Assembly (NCBI RefSeq): GCF_001194135.2
Contig: NC_069006.1
Coordinates: forward strand, 16,784,523 to 16,848,522
Direction: 5' to 3'
DNA: 64,000 nt
From: Octopus bimaculoides
Lineage: Eukaryota
The notes under the pieces were generated by a model. The model was not told where the DNA came from, did no database searches, and saw only the letters and a program-made list of their open reading frames with translations. Below are positions 36,483 through 49,600 of this stretch, piece after piece (the stretch's first letter is position 1; each line of letters starts with the position of its first letter). A program made the translations under genes and the position numbers.

Positions 36483-39132
36483 TCAAATAATAACCTTTTT
36501 AGTGGGGAATGGTGATGCCTTTCCCTTCCTAGTTGCCTTCAGCACTTGATTCAGGTCAAACCAGCAGTTATCCTGCTTATTATTATTATTAAAACAAGCT
36601 GGTTTAGATTTGCTGACAGCCGTTGGTGGAGGAAGGACATTGCGATAAATCCTTTCTGTTTTACTGGAATTGTTGTGGTGAAAGTCCTGACCATTAATCC
36701 ACCAAGACAGGCCCCCATTTCTTTGGATGTTTTTATTATAATTCAGATCTTGTTTGTCAGTCTGGGTGGTCCTGCCACATGGAGGTTTTGTTGATGCTAA
36801 TGACTTCTCTGTATTCCTGTTTGTGTTCTTATTTTGTCTGATTCCATTTGTAGAACATTCCCCTGAAAATAAAATGAAAGGTTCAGATTAAATTTCAGTC
36901 ATTTTGATAGGGTCAAACCCTTTGGATGGTTATATCTTAGCAGGTTAAGACACTCACTTTGCAACCATGTAGTTAGGGGTGCAACACCTTGGACAAGAGT
37001 CTTCTACTATAGCCCAAGGCTGAAGAGTGAATTTAGTAGATGGAAACTGTGTGGAAGCCTGTCATATATGTGTATATATGTGTGTTTCTTTGTGCTTGTG
37101 GTTGTCTGCTCCATCACATGACAACCAGTGCTGGTTTGTTAAAACCCCAGTAACATAGCAGTTCAGCAAAAGAGACTGATAGAATAAGTGCTAGACTTAA
37201 AAAGTAAGTCCTGGGGTTGATCCTAGGGATCAGGCCTAAGGCAAGTACCTTCTACTACAGCCTCAGGCCAACCAAAAGCTTTGTGAGTGGATTTAATAGG
37301 CAGGAAACTGTAAGAAGCCCATCATATATGTGTTTGCAGGGCTGGCACTAGGAAGTGTAGGACCCAATTAGGGAATTGTTGATGGCTTGAGTCTCCACCT
37401 TTAGCCACAATAATATACTAGAAATTCATCACAGTTCCTCCACTCAAGCATGTGAATGAGACCCTCTCTTGGCGTGGAGCCCAATTTGAATAAATCTGTT
37501 TAATTGGCTTAAAACTGACCTTGTGTGTGTGTGTGTGCATGCACACGCATATGTGTGTATGAGTTGGTGAGTTCTTGTATCTCTATGTCTGGGCATCATT
37601 TGATAGTTACAAACAAGCATACCCTGTCATATAAGAAGATCAATATCTATGGTTCCAAAACAAGGCAGCATCATAATTTCTGAGTGAGTGTAACTGTGTT
37701 CTTTACCTTTGTTTAATACTGGAACAACATCTGATGATAAGTAGCAGTAGAGCACAGGAGGCCCAGGGTCAGAGCTAGCATCAGAGGAAGCAGCTGCATT
37801 GCTTTTGTATGTAGTTTGCTTAGAGTTCATTACTTCACATGCTGATACCTGTTGCAATAATTCACGGACAAGACAGCCTATTTTCTTTCCTTCATTGGCT
37901 TTCACAGGGACTCCTAACTATAGAAAGTATTCATTTTTAAGGTTCATGTTGGAAATGTACAACAAAAACCATGTGGTCTCAATTAGACAAAATTTACATT
38001 CATTACTACAAAAGAACAGAAACATTCTTAAAAAAATCCTGTTAGCAAATATTCGCCATGGATTTAATCAATCCATTTGATATCAGCTTGACTGTGAACA
38101 CCACTGGTTCTATTATTCCTAACTCTTTAACATTTAAACCAGTCATACTCAGTCAAAATATTCAACCTGTTTTATATTCAAACCAGTCAGATCCAGACTC
38201 TCACACCTATCTTACAATGTCATCCGAGAAACAAGCAATCACATCACTGAAATCTTGAAGTTACGAAATAATGCATGATTAATTCAAAACAATGTGTTAG
38301 ATTCGATAGAGCAATCCGAATGCTAAAGGGTTAAACCAACCATATCCAGCTCAAATATTCTACATTTCATGTTCACACCAGCCAGATCTGGCATCTCTCA
38401 CCTAACCAACAATGTCATTCCAATGATATACAATTACATCATCAAAACTTCAAAGCTATGAGATAATGCATAATTAATTCAAAACAATGTAAAAAAAGCA
38501 TTAAGTTTGACAGAGTAATCCAAATGCTAGAAATAAAGCAATCTAAATCACCCAGTAAATTTTCATGTTAATTCCAGACACATAATAGACACATACATTG
38601 TTACATATGCATGCTGAAATCCACACACATTCATACACTGACCCTTATATTAACACAGCAATATACACTCCGCCGCTTACAACGTTGAGGGTTCCAGTTG
38701 ATCCGATCAACGGAACAACCTACTCGTGAAATTAACGTGCAAGTGGCTGAGCACTCCACAGACACGTGTGCCCTTAACGTAGTTCTCGGGGATATTCAGT
38801 GTGACACAGTGTGACAAGGCTGACCCTTTGAATTACAGGCACAACAGAAACAGGAAGTAAGAGTGAGAGTACAGCAGGGTTCGCCACCATCCCCTGCCGG
38901 AGCCTCGTGGAGCTTTAGGTATTTTCGCTCAATAAACACTCACAGCGCCCGTTCTGGGAATTGAAACCCTGATCCTATGACCGCAAGTCCGCTGCCCTAA
39001 CCACTGGGCCATTGCGCCTCCACTACAGCAATATACACACGCATGCTAATACTCACACAGTGATACGCACTCGCATTGAGCCACTGGCACCTGCAAAGCA
39101 AAGACCTCTCAGCTGAGAGTTAGAGAGAGAGA

Positions 39133-39165
<33 letters not shown>

Positions 39166-42100
39166 CAGAAGCATGGCCACAAAAGACATGACTGTATGTA
39201 TGGATGACCTCAGTGAGGCCCAGTGTCAAAAGATCCTTTCTCACCACTTCATCCTACATCTACCTGGGTCTACTCTTTCCACAGGTTCCCTTCACAATTA
39301 GAGATTGGCACTTCTTTATGCAGCTGTCCACATCCATATGGGGGTATGGAGTGGAAAAATGTCTATTGGGTAGGTATCCACCAAGTTGCGGGATTTTTGG
39401 CCAAATGAGTTGACCAAGGTACTTATTCTTGTTTTTAAACCTGGTGGTTATTCTATCAGATCTCTTTTGCCAAACAGCTAAGTTATGGAGATATAAACAC
39501 ACCAACACCAAGTCTTAAGCAGTGGTAAGGGAATACACAAAGACACACACACACATAATATTATATATATATATCTATGACAGGCTTCTTTCAGTTTCCA
39601 TCTACCAAATCCAATCACAAGGCTTCTGTCAACCTGAGGCTTTAGTAGAAGACTCTTGCATTAGGACTGAACCCAGAACCATGCAAGCTTCTTACCACAC
39701 AGCCACACCTGTGCCTATGTACTCTTTTACTTGTTTCAGTCATTTGATTGCGGCCATGCTGGAGCACCGCCTTTAGTCGAGCAAATCAACCCTAGGACTT
39801 ATTCTTTGTAAGCCTAGTACTTATTCTATCGGTCACTTTTGCCGAACCGCTACGTTACGGGTACGTAAACACACCACCATCGGTTGTCAAGCGATGTTGG
39901 TGGGACAAACACAGACACACAAAACATATACACACACATACATACATAGATAGATATACATATATACGACGGGCTTCTGTCAGTTTCCGTCTACCAAATC
40001 CACTCACAAGGCTTTGGTCGGCCCGAGGCTATAGTGGAAGACACTTGCCCAAGGTGCCACGCGGTGGGACTGAACCCAGAACCATGTGGTTGGTAAGCAA
40101 GCTACTTACCACACAGCCACTCCTATTCTCATCATTTTAAGTTTGTTTGGTCTTTTTTATCACACACACAGCCATTTGTGTGCAAGTGTATCTTTTATCT
40201 TTTACTTGTTTCGGTCATTAAGACTATGGCCATGCTGGGGCACTGTCTTGAAGAATTTTAGTCAAACTTACCAAACTCAGTACTTATTTTTTGTAAAGCC
40301 TAGTACTTATTCTGTTAGTCTCACTTGCTGAACTGCTAAGTTATGGGGGCATAAACACACCAACACGGGGTGTCAAATGGTGGTGCAGACAAACACATAC
40401 ACAAAGACACACACACGCACACACATATATAATATAGAAGACGAGTAGCAATAGTAGTAGTGTTTACCTTCTCTTGACTGGGGAATTCATCATAATGTAG
40501 ATCAGAATTCTGGAAACCACTGATGTAGATGGTTTCTGTAAGAATAACATAAATTAGAAATAGTTTTTTGAGATGCAAAATATGTTGAGACAAGGTCAGA
40601 TGAATGTGCTTGAATATCACACCTGGGTATCCATCACATACACTTGTGTTGTATTACACTACACACCCACAGACACTGCTATTTCTATAATGGATTCAGC
40701 CCCCAATCAACCAAAAAGAGGATTTGATAGAGAGAAACTAAAAGAAGCCCACTGTATATATATATATATTTATTAATATTTTGCAGAAGCAACAGAGTAA
40801 CTCAAAGGCCAAGAGTTTCATGCATTGGCACATGTGTTGGCACTTATCAGATTATTTAATAAATGCTAATGTGGTCTTGGTCCTTGAGTCACTCTGTTAC
40901 TTCTGCTAAATATTAATGGGAATCTAAAGTGGGACAGCACTGGACAGATGTAGAGTTTTTACAACTTTTTACCATAAGAGAGAATTTTTTCTCCATGGTA
41001 ACTGCAGTGAATTTGCCTTTACAAGTTGAAATATGTCACAAACATATTTTAACTAACCTAAAGTTTGCGCGTGTGTCTGTGTGTATGCGCGTGCGTGTGT
41101 GTGTTAGTCTCTCCTTGCCTTGACATCACGATAGTTGCAAACAAGTGCAACCATCATGCATACAGTCTTCTTTGTTTCCAATCTTCCATGAAAACGTCTG
41201 GCCTTGGGGAAAGTATTACTTTGCTTGAAACCAGGTAAGGAGTGACAAGAGGAAGGACATCTGGCTTTGGGGAATCTGGGTTCAAAAGTGATGAAGATAA
41301 AGATGATGGTGGTGGCAGTGGTGATGGTGATAATGGTCACGATGGTTATGGTGGTGGCGATATTGATGACGGTGGTGGTGGGGGTTATGATGTTGGTGAT
41401 GATGATGATATACACTCATTGAACCACTTCTCACCTCTAAGGAATACTATTTGTCCTGCCAGACACAGAAAATATTTTCCAGTCTTTTACCTTTGTTGTT
41501 CACTGCATTCTTGTTCGAATCTTTGACAGGCATTGACATCACACAACAGACCATCTTTAATGTAGGTGAATTATTACTAATATCCTTCTTTGCCTGACAA
41601 GAACGAAAGAAACATTTTAAAGTTAGACAAGGTAAACTTTATGAAGTGTTGATGGTGATATAGAAGGTAGTGGTAACCGAGTGAGGCTATAATCAAAGAT
41701 GTCCTAGCGACAACCATCCCGAATTTCAGTTGTGGTATATCTAATTTACTTTATCTTTTATCTCTTACTTAGTCAATAGACTACAGCCAAGCTGGGGCAC
41801 TGCCTTGAGGAATTTCAATCAAATAAATTGAACCCAGTACTTAATTTTTGTTAAATCTGGTACTTATTCTATCAACACACACATATATACATATACATTT
41901 GTATATGCACTATTATATAGGCCAACATATGTACTGAGACCCATACACATATATATGCACATACACACACCCAAAGACATATGCAAACACACATACACAT
42001 GTGTACATATACACACATACATACACATACACACATCCACATACGTATATATGTATATATCCACACACATGCACGCATACATGTCCATATATGTATTATT

Positions 42101-45100
42101 AAACAATTAAAAAATAAGATTGAAGAGTTAAAAATTTTAAAACCGAGACATTGGAAATGTGGAGACGTAGATTCCATGTGCTGTTCATTCAAAGGGGTTT
42201 TGTGGTGTGAATGAAATTTTGAGAATGTAGTGGTAGTATTAAGTAGCTTGACAACTGGAGTTGGTGTGTTTGCATCCCCATAACTTAGTTGTTCAGCAAA
42301 AGAGACTGATAGAATAAGTACCAGGCTTAAAAAATAAGTCATGGTGCTGATTCATTTGACTAAAAATCCTTCAAGGCAGTGCCCCAGCATGGCCTTAGTC
42401 TAATGACTAAAACAAGTAAAAGATTAAAGATTTTATATACATATATATATATATGCACAGGAGTGGCTGTGTGGTAAGTAGCTTGCTTACCAGCCGCATG
42501 GTTCTGGGTTCAGTCCCACTGTGTGGCACCTTGGGCAAGTGTCTTCTACTATAGCCTCGGGCCGACCAAAGCCTTATGAGTGGATTTGGTAGATGGAAAC
42601 TGAAAGAAGCCCGTCGTATATATGTATATATATATGTGTGTGTGTTTGTGTGTCTGTGTTTGTCCCCCTAGCATTGCTTGACAACCGATGCTGGTGTGTT
42701 TATGTCCCCGTCACTTAGCGGTTCGGCAAAAGAGACCGATAGAATAAGTACTAGGCTTACAAAGAATAAGTCCCGGGGTCGATTTGCTCAACTAAAGGCG
42801 GTGCTCCAGCATGGCCGCAGTCAAATGACTGAAACAAATAAAAGAGTAAAAGAGACATATTTCATATATCAAAAGAAATATAACACCTACCTCTGATATA
42901 TTCTTTACATTGGTGTAAGGTGGAAGAGTTTTGTTGGTACAACCTAAGACAAAAGACATATCAAGAATTCTCTAAAAAAAACCCTGGAGAGTTTTTAAAC
43001 ACATTACTATAGTTACTTATAATATAAAGAGATGCAACTAAATACCATTTGGTATTTTGTTTGGAACCATATTGATCCTCTCATCTATTGTTCTAAAGAT
43101 TCCTTTATAAATAGTGATCAACTACAGTCCTAATAAACAGATATAATTACATACAGTCCTGTAGCAAATATTGGTTTCACATTTTGGCACAAGGCAAATA
43201 ATTTTGAGGGAGGGACTAAGTCAATTAAATCAACTCCGGTGCTCAACTGGTACTTATTTTATCAACCTTGAAAGGATGAAAGGCAAAGTCAATCTCAGTG
43301 GAATTTGAACTTAGAATATAAAGACAGATGAAATGCTGCTATGCATTTTGCCTGGCATGCTAACAATTCTGCTAGCTTGCTACAGCAGCAGCAGCAGTAG
43401 CAGTAGTAGTAGTAGTAGTGGCAGTAGTAGTAGCAGTAGCAGCAGCAACAGTAATAGTAATAATAATAATAATAATAATCATTTCTACTATATGTACAAA
43501 CCCTGAAATTTTGTGGGGAGGGATTGATTACACTGGCCCCAGTACTCAACTGGTACATATTTTATCAACCTGAAAGGTTGAAAAGCTAAGTTGACCTCAG
43601 TGGAATTTCAACTCAGAACAGAAGGACGGACGAATTGCTACTAAACATTTTGCCTGGCATGCTAATGATTCTGCCAGCTCACTGCTTTAGATAGAACCAA
43701 GTATTGCAAGCAATTTCTCCAACACGAATATTTCAGTTAATTAACCATCTTCAAAAATTTTAAAGCCAAAAAAGAGAGACAGACAGACAGACAGAGAAAA
43801 TATTTACCTAACATTTTTGGAGTGTCTGATAGATATCCACTGTCTGGAGAATAACCTGATTGTAAGATAAGCCCTGTCTCTGATGTCTTCTTTGACAAAG
43901 AGGGAGAAGATCTGTCAACAACTTTACTGCCTGAATTTGAACTTTCAGCACCTTTCTGGGGCGTTTTCTTTAAAATGGGATTGCCAACCTTCTTTGAGGC
44001 ATGTGCATTTTGAGACTGTCTTGCTTTCAACACTGGTGTCGTATTTAAGGAGACAAAACTCCAGTGCTTCGCCGGTTGCTACAACAAACAAAAAGATATA
44101 AATCTGCTATATGCAATTGAGTTGGTACTTAATTAAAACAGCCATCTATGTACCATATTTAATGTATATGAGGGGATGCTAAAAAGTTTCTGGCGTTGGG
44201 TAAAAGAAAATACAGGAGGATCAGTACAATGAAATTTTTTATGGGCATATATAGGTTAACTGAATACTTGATGTGGCTAAATAGTTTTAGGGAACTGTTT
44301 TTTAACTTTACAAAAATTGTTTATAGTCATGTCATTTTTTATAGATTTAGTATTTTAACTCTGTCAGTAAGGCGCTTACCAGTTTTAAGATTTACCACAT
44401 AGTTTTGAAATATTTCGATTTTGAAATTGTTTTCAGACAATGAAACATCTATAATCATATACAAATGCAGGGTTAGGGTTAGGGACAAAGAAATGTGATG
44501 TACTTTAACTATATATCAAACTGTGAAGTTTTCATTGGTAGCACAAACCTAAAATATGGCCTAGTATTACATTACAACTTCCCAAGATCTGCAAGCTATA
44601 GGCTTCACCTTGCCCCTACTTATTACACAAGGTATACAGCATATGATGGAAAGTAAAACTACTTACTGGTGGTCTTCTAATCCAGGGTGAGTAATCTATA
44701 AAGAAAAAGAAAATATTTGTTATAGAACTTGGTAGAACAAGTTGTTTAATGGTTCAATATTGGTTCTGATTGGGTCAGTGTTGGTTACGACTGGACAGTG
44801 GCTGGATTACAGTTTGGTCATAAGTGGATTGTGGTAAAATTACTATTGTAATTGCGATTGTGATTGTGTTAGAACAGCATTGCAATTGGATTAATGTTAG
44901 TTATACAAAGACTATAATTGTGGTAGTATTAACTGATCTGTGATTGGATTATAGTTGGCTATAATTGAATTGTGATTGGATATCTATTGGTTACAAGTAA
45001 AGTTACTGGGTTAGTGTTAGTTATAAACTGGACTATGATATAGTTCCTCTTAATCCTAAAAGAATTTCAACCACTGAGTTAAAACTGGTCTGTAGTTGTT

Positions 45101-45904
45101 ATACTGTTGGTTACAACGGATATGTGACTTAGTTACAGCTATTATTGGGTTACTGTTGGTTACAACTGAACTGTGATTGGGTTATTGTGGATTAAAACCA
45201 GACAGTGACTGAGTTACAGTAAGTAAATCTGGAAAGTGATTGGGTTAATGTTCATTATAACTAGAGTGTGACTAATTTAGTCTTGCTTATAACTGGAATT
45301 TTACTAGTATTCTATTAGTTATTACTATCATTGGGTCACTACTGTGAGTTGCCTTTTAGTCAGGTGAGACAGACTCTTTACAAAACCTCTGAGACAGGTG
45401 GGACAGAGGAAGGAGGACAGTATCCTCAAACCAGAGACTTTTCTTGAATACTTGTAACAAAATGGACTTCTTTCTACTACAAGTACAAGAATTTTCACTC
45501 TAACAAATTGACCTCAGTACTTTTTTTTTTAAAGCCTGGTAATTATTCTATTGGTCTCTTTTGCCATGTTGCTGTTACAGGAGTAAGCAACCCAGCACTG
45601 GTTGTCAAGCGATGGGAGTGGGGGACAAATACTAACACACACACACACATCTATATCTAACTGGACACTCCATCAGTTACAACAGTTGATCCAACTAATG
45701 GAACAACCCGCTCATGAAAATAACGTACAAGTGGCTGAGCACTCCACAGACACATGTACCCATAATGTAGTTCTCAAGGAGATTCGGCATAACACAACTC
45801 ATTTTTGGCAGCTGAGTGGACTGGAGCAACGTGAAATAAAGTGTCTTTTTTCAAGGACACAACATGGTACTAAGTGCCCTAACCATTAAGCCACGCGCCC
45901 TCTA

Positions 45905-45941
<37 letters not shown>

Positions 45942-45950
45942 GTCTATCTA

Positions 45951-45982
<32 letters not shown>

Positions 45983-46555
45983 TCTATCTAACACAAAACA
46001 CAATCCTATTGTAATCAACAGTAATTTAATTACAGTCCAGTTATAGCCATGGCTGTGGACGCGCAATGGCCCAGTGGTTAGGGCAGCGGACTCGTGGTTT
46101 CGATTCTCAGACCAGGCGTTGTGAGTGTTTATTGAGCGAAAACACTTAAAGCTCCACGAGGCTCCGGCAGGGGATGGTGGCGAACCCTGCTGTACTCTTT
46201 CACCACAACTTTCTCTCACTCTTACTTCCTGTTTCTGTTGTGCCTGTAATTCAAAGGGTCAGCCTTGTCACACTGTGTCACGCTGAATATCCACGAGAAC
46301 TACGTTAAGGGTACACGTGTCTGTGGAGTGCTCAGCCACTTGCACGTTAATTCCACGAGCAGGCTGTTCCGTTGATCGGATCAACTGGAACCCTCGATGT
46401 CGTAAGTGACGGAGTGCCAACAACAACAACAACAATATAACCATGGCTACAACTTTGGTGTAGGTATACTAGAACACTTGATGGTCATCAACAGAATGCT
46501 TTGGATGATCATGACTAATCTGAACATTAAAGATGAGCAACAACAACAACACTCT

Positions 46556-46608
<53 letters not shown>

Positions 46609-49600
46609 TGCCATTCAACTGCAGCAATAGGTAATCAAAGGAGTCTATAGAAGAAAGGTGACAAGGGGAAAAGATAAAAGTTCCATGCCATACCATAATG
46701 AGGTTCTGCAGCTTCATAGTTATCCGCATAAAAGTGTTGAGGGTTGTTATAGAAACCTTTTGAACACGATCGAATGTGAGAAGGATTAATGTAAGAGCTG
46801 GAGTAAACAGATTCATAGGGATCAGCATGTCTGTGGTCATTGTGGTGGCAGTGGTGGCGGTCCTGTTGGATGAAAGAGACGGAAGTGTGGGGTCTGGCAA
46901 GCATAGTTACACACACATGTATATACATATGTATATACATGTGTGTGTAGATAGATAGGTAGACAGATAGATAGATAGTCAGATAGACTGTGAGAGACAA
47001 CCATTATATATGTGTATGTATTCTTTTATTGTTTTATTTGATTTAGTTATTAAACTACGACCATGCTGATGCACCACCTCGAACAATTTTTAGCCGAATG
47101 AATTGACACCAGTACTCATATTTTTTTTTAAGCCTGGTACTTATTCAATCATTCTCTTTTGCCATACTGCTATGTCACAGGAATATAAACAATCCACCAC
47201 TGGTTGTCAAAGTGGTGGTGGTGGTGGTGGGGGGGGACTAATACAAGCACAAAGACACACACACACACATTAACTATTTATATCTATCTATCTATCTGTG
47301 TATATAAATATTGTTCAAATTTACAGAAAACAAGACGAAGACAGGTGTACAAACAACAAGCAGGTGTATTAGTGTAGTGCTCAGGAAGAACGGAAAGTCT
47401 TTTACACTTCAAGATTAGGCTCTTCGACAGAAAGAACTAAGAGGGGAAAAAAACGAGAGAAAATGAAAAAAAAAAAAAAAGAGAAAAAAATTTTCTGTAG
47501 GGATTCAAGATGACAGAATATATATATATATATTTTCTTTCTTTTTATTCTTTTACTTGTTTCAGTCATTTGACTGCGGCCATGCTGGAGCACCACTTTT
47601 AATCAAACAAATTGACCCCAGGACTTTGCCAAACCGGTTGTCAAGTGATGGTGGGGGGGACAAATACAGACACAAATAACAAACACACACACACACACAC
47701 ACATATATATACACAATGGGCTTCTTTCAGTTTCCGTCTGCCAAATCCACTCACACGGCTTTGGTCGACCCGAGGGTATAGTAGAAGACACTAGCCCAAG
47801 GTGCCACGCAGTAGGACTGAACTCAGAACCATGTGGTTTTCGGGCGTTACTAATAGTTTCATGTGTTTGAAAATCCAAACGTGTTCTTCAGGCACAGACT
47901 TCACTTCATGCTGAACTCAGAACTTTAGATATGGCATAGAGTGTGAGAATACGCGAAAAAACACGAAAAAATGGGAGCATATAGAAAATCCTAACTTCTA
48001 ATCAGAAAATGAAATCAGGAGACCTGATGTAAATGTAAATAATGTATGAAATTAAATGTAAATTGTGTAAGGAGAGTAAAAATGTCTATGAAAATTAAAT
48101 GTATAAAATATAATGTAAAAATATAAAGGTATAAATATAGGAAATATCGGGAATGTAAAACTTTATAAAGGATAAAAAATAAATGTAAAGAAATAATAAA
48201 ATAAAGGGGGTAAAAACTATTATGATAAGCAATCTAACTTCCTTAGTCTTTAAATGATAAGGTCGGGGGATGTCAAATCAATCTGGGATGGGTGGGATTG
48301 TCCAGTTCTTCAAAATATATATTTTGCATATGTCTGCAACCACTGAAAATTTCAGACCTTGAGTTCAATACTAAGTTGGGGATTTTTGATCTGAACAGTA
48401 TTTGTGCTCTTTCAAATCGTCCAACCCATGCTAGCATGCAAAGCGGACGTTAAACAACGATGATGATGATGATGATGATGATGATGTGTGTGTGTTCGTG
48501 TCTATGTTTGTCTTCCTATCACCGCTTGATAACTGGTGCTGGTGTGTTTATGTCCCCTTAACTTAGTGGTTCAATAAAAGAGACCAATAGAATATGTACC
48601 AGGCTTTAAAAAAAAATAAGTATTGGGGTTGATACATTCAACTAAAAATACTTCAAGGTAGTGCTCCAGAATAGCTATAGTCTAATGATTGAAACAAGTA
48701 AAAGATAAAAGATGTACACACACACACACACACACACACAGGTATATATATTGGGTTATCCCATAAATAATGCGTTTTTTTTATACTTCTTTTACTTTTC
48801 AATATTAAGATAAACAAAGTGTTTTTTTAAAATCTAAAATATACTCTCCCTCATTTTCTACAATACTCTTTCATCTATCTCGTAGACTTGCAAGGTCCCT
48901 CTTCCAAAATTCACTTGTCCATAACAGAAAATACTCCTCCAGTACTGTTCTCATCTTGCCTACAGAATTCATATTTTTTTCCATCCAAATGATTTTGAAG
49001 ACTGAGAAATATATGATAATCAGATGGGGCGATGTCCGGCAAATATGGTGGTGGGGCATCATTTCCCATTCAAACTACTCCAACCTTTGGAATGTCACCC
49101 TTGCTGTATGTGGCGAAGCATTATTCTGATTGAAGAACACCTTTCGTCTTGAAACCAAAGATGGTTGTTTTTCTTCTAGCACTGACTTGAATGACTGGTT
49201 GAATGACCAAATCCAAGCTTCTCTGCTAGTTCCTCGATGGTTACAATGGGATCTTGTTCCACCAGGGTGTGTTGGACTTCCTCATTGAGCTCTACAGGTC
49301 TTCCAGGATGAGGCTTGTCTTCTAGGCTCTAGTTTCAGGCTCGAAATTTCTAGAACTACCGTTGACACTAGCTTATGCTTGCTGTCTGATCCCCATATAC
49401 TGCATTAATATTCCTCACATTTTCCGTTGCGTTGTTGCCTTTATTGAACTAATAAAGTAAAATATGCCAAATATGCTCCTTTGTCACTTCCATTATAGCT
49501 TTGAAAAAATAACTGTTAAAATCGAACTGCACTCTTCAAGATTTGCACTAAGAATAAGTACAAGGTAAAATTACTACCTGCTTTTATAGCAAATTGATGC

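Noticed and set aside
41434-41455. Possible 21-nt microexon with a GTGAG donor
   Set aside because: It would need an intron of about 35 nt after exon 41593-41491, which is too short
44168-44260. TATGAGGGGATGCTAAAAAGTTTCTGGC, a mariner-like TIR
   Set aside because: No partner TIR or transposase was found nearby, so it is too fragmentary to call
47395-47435. Minus-strand TCGAAGA-GC...GAAG hammerhead-like string
   Set aside because: The core deviates at C3/U4 and at GAAA; at best it is a dead remnant
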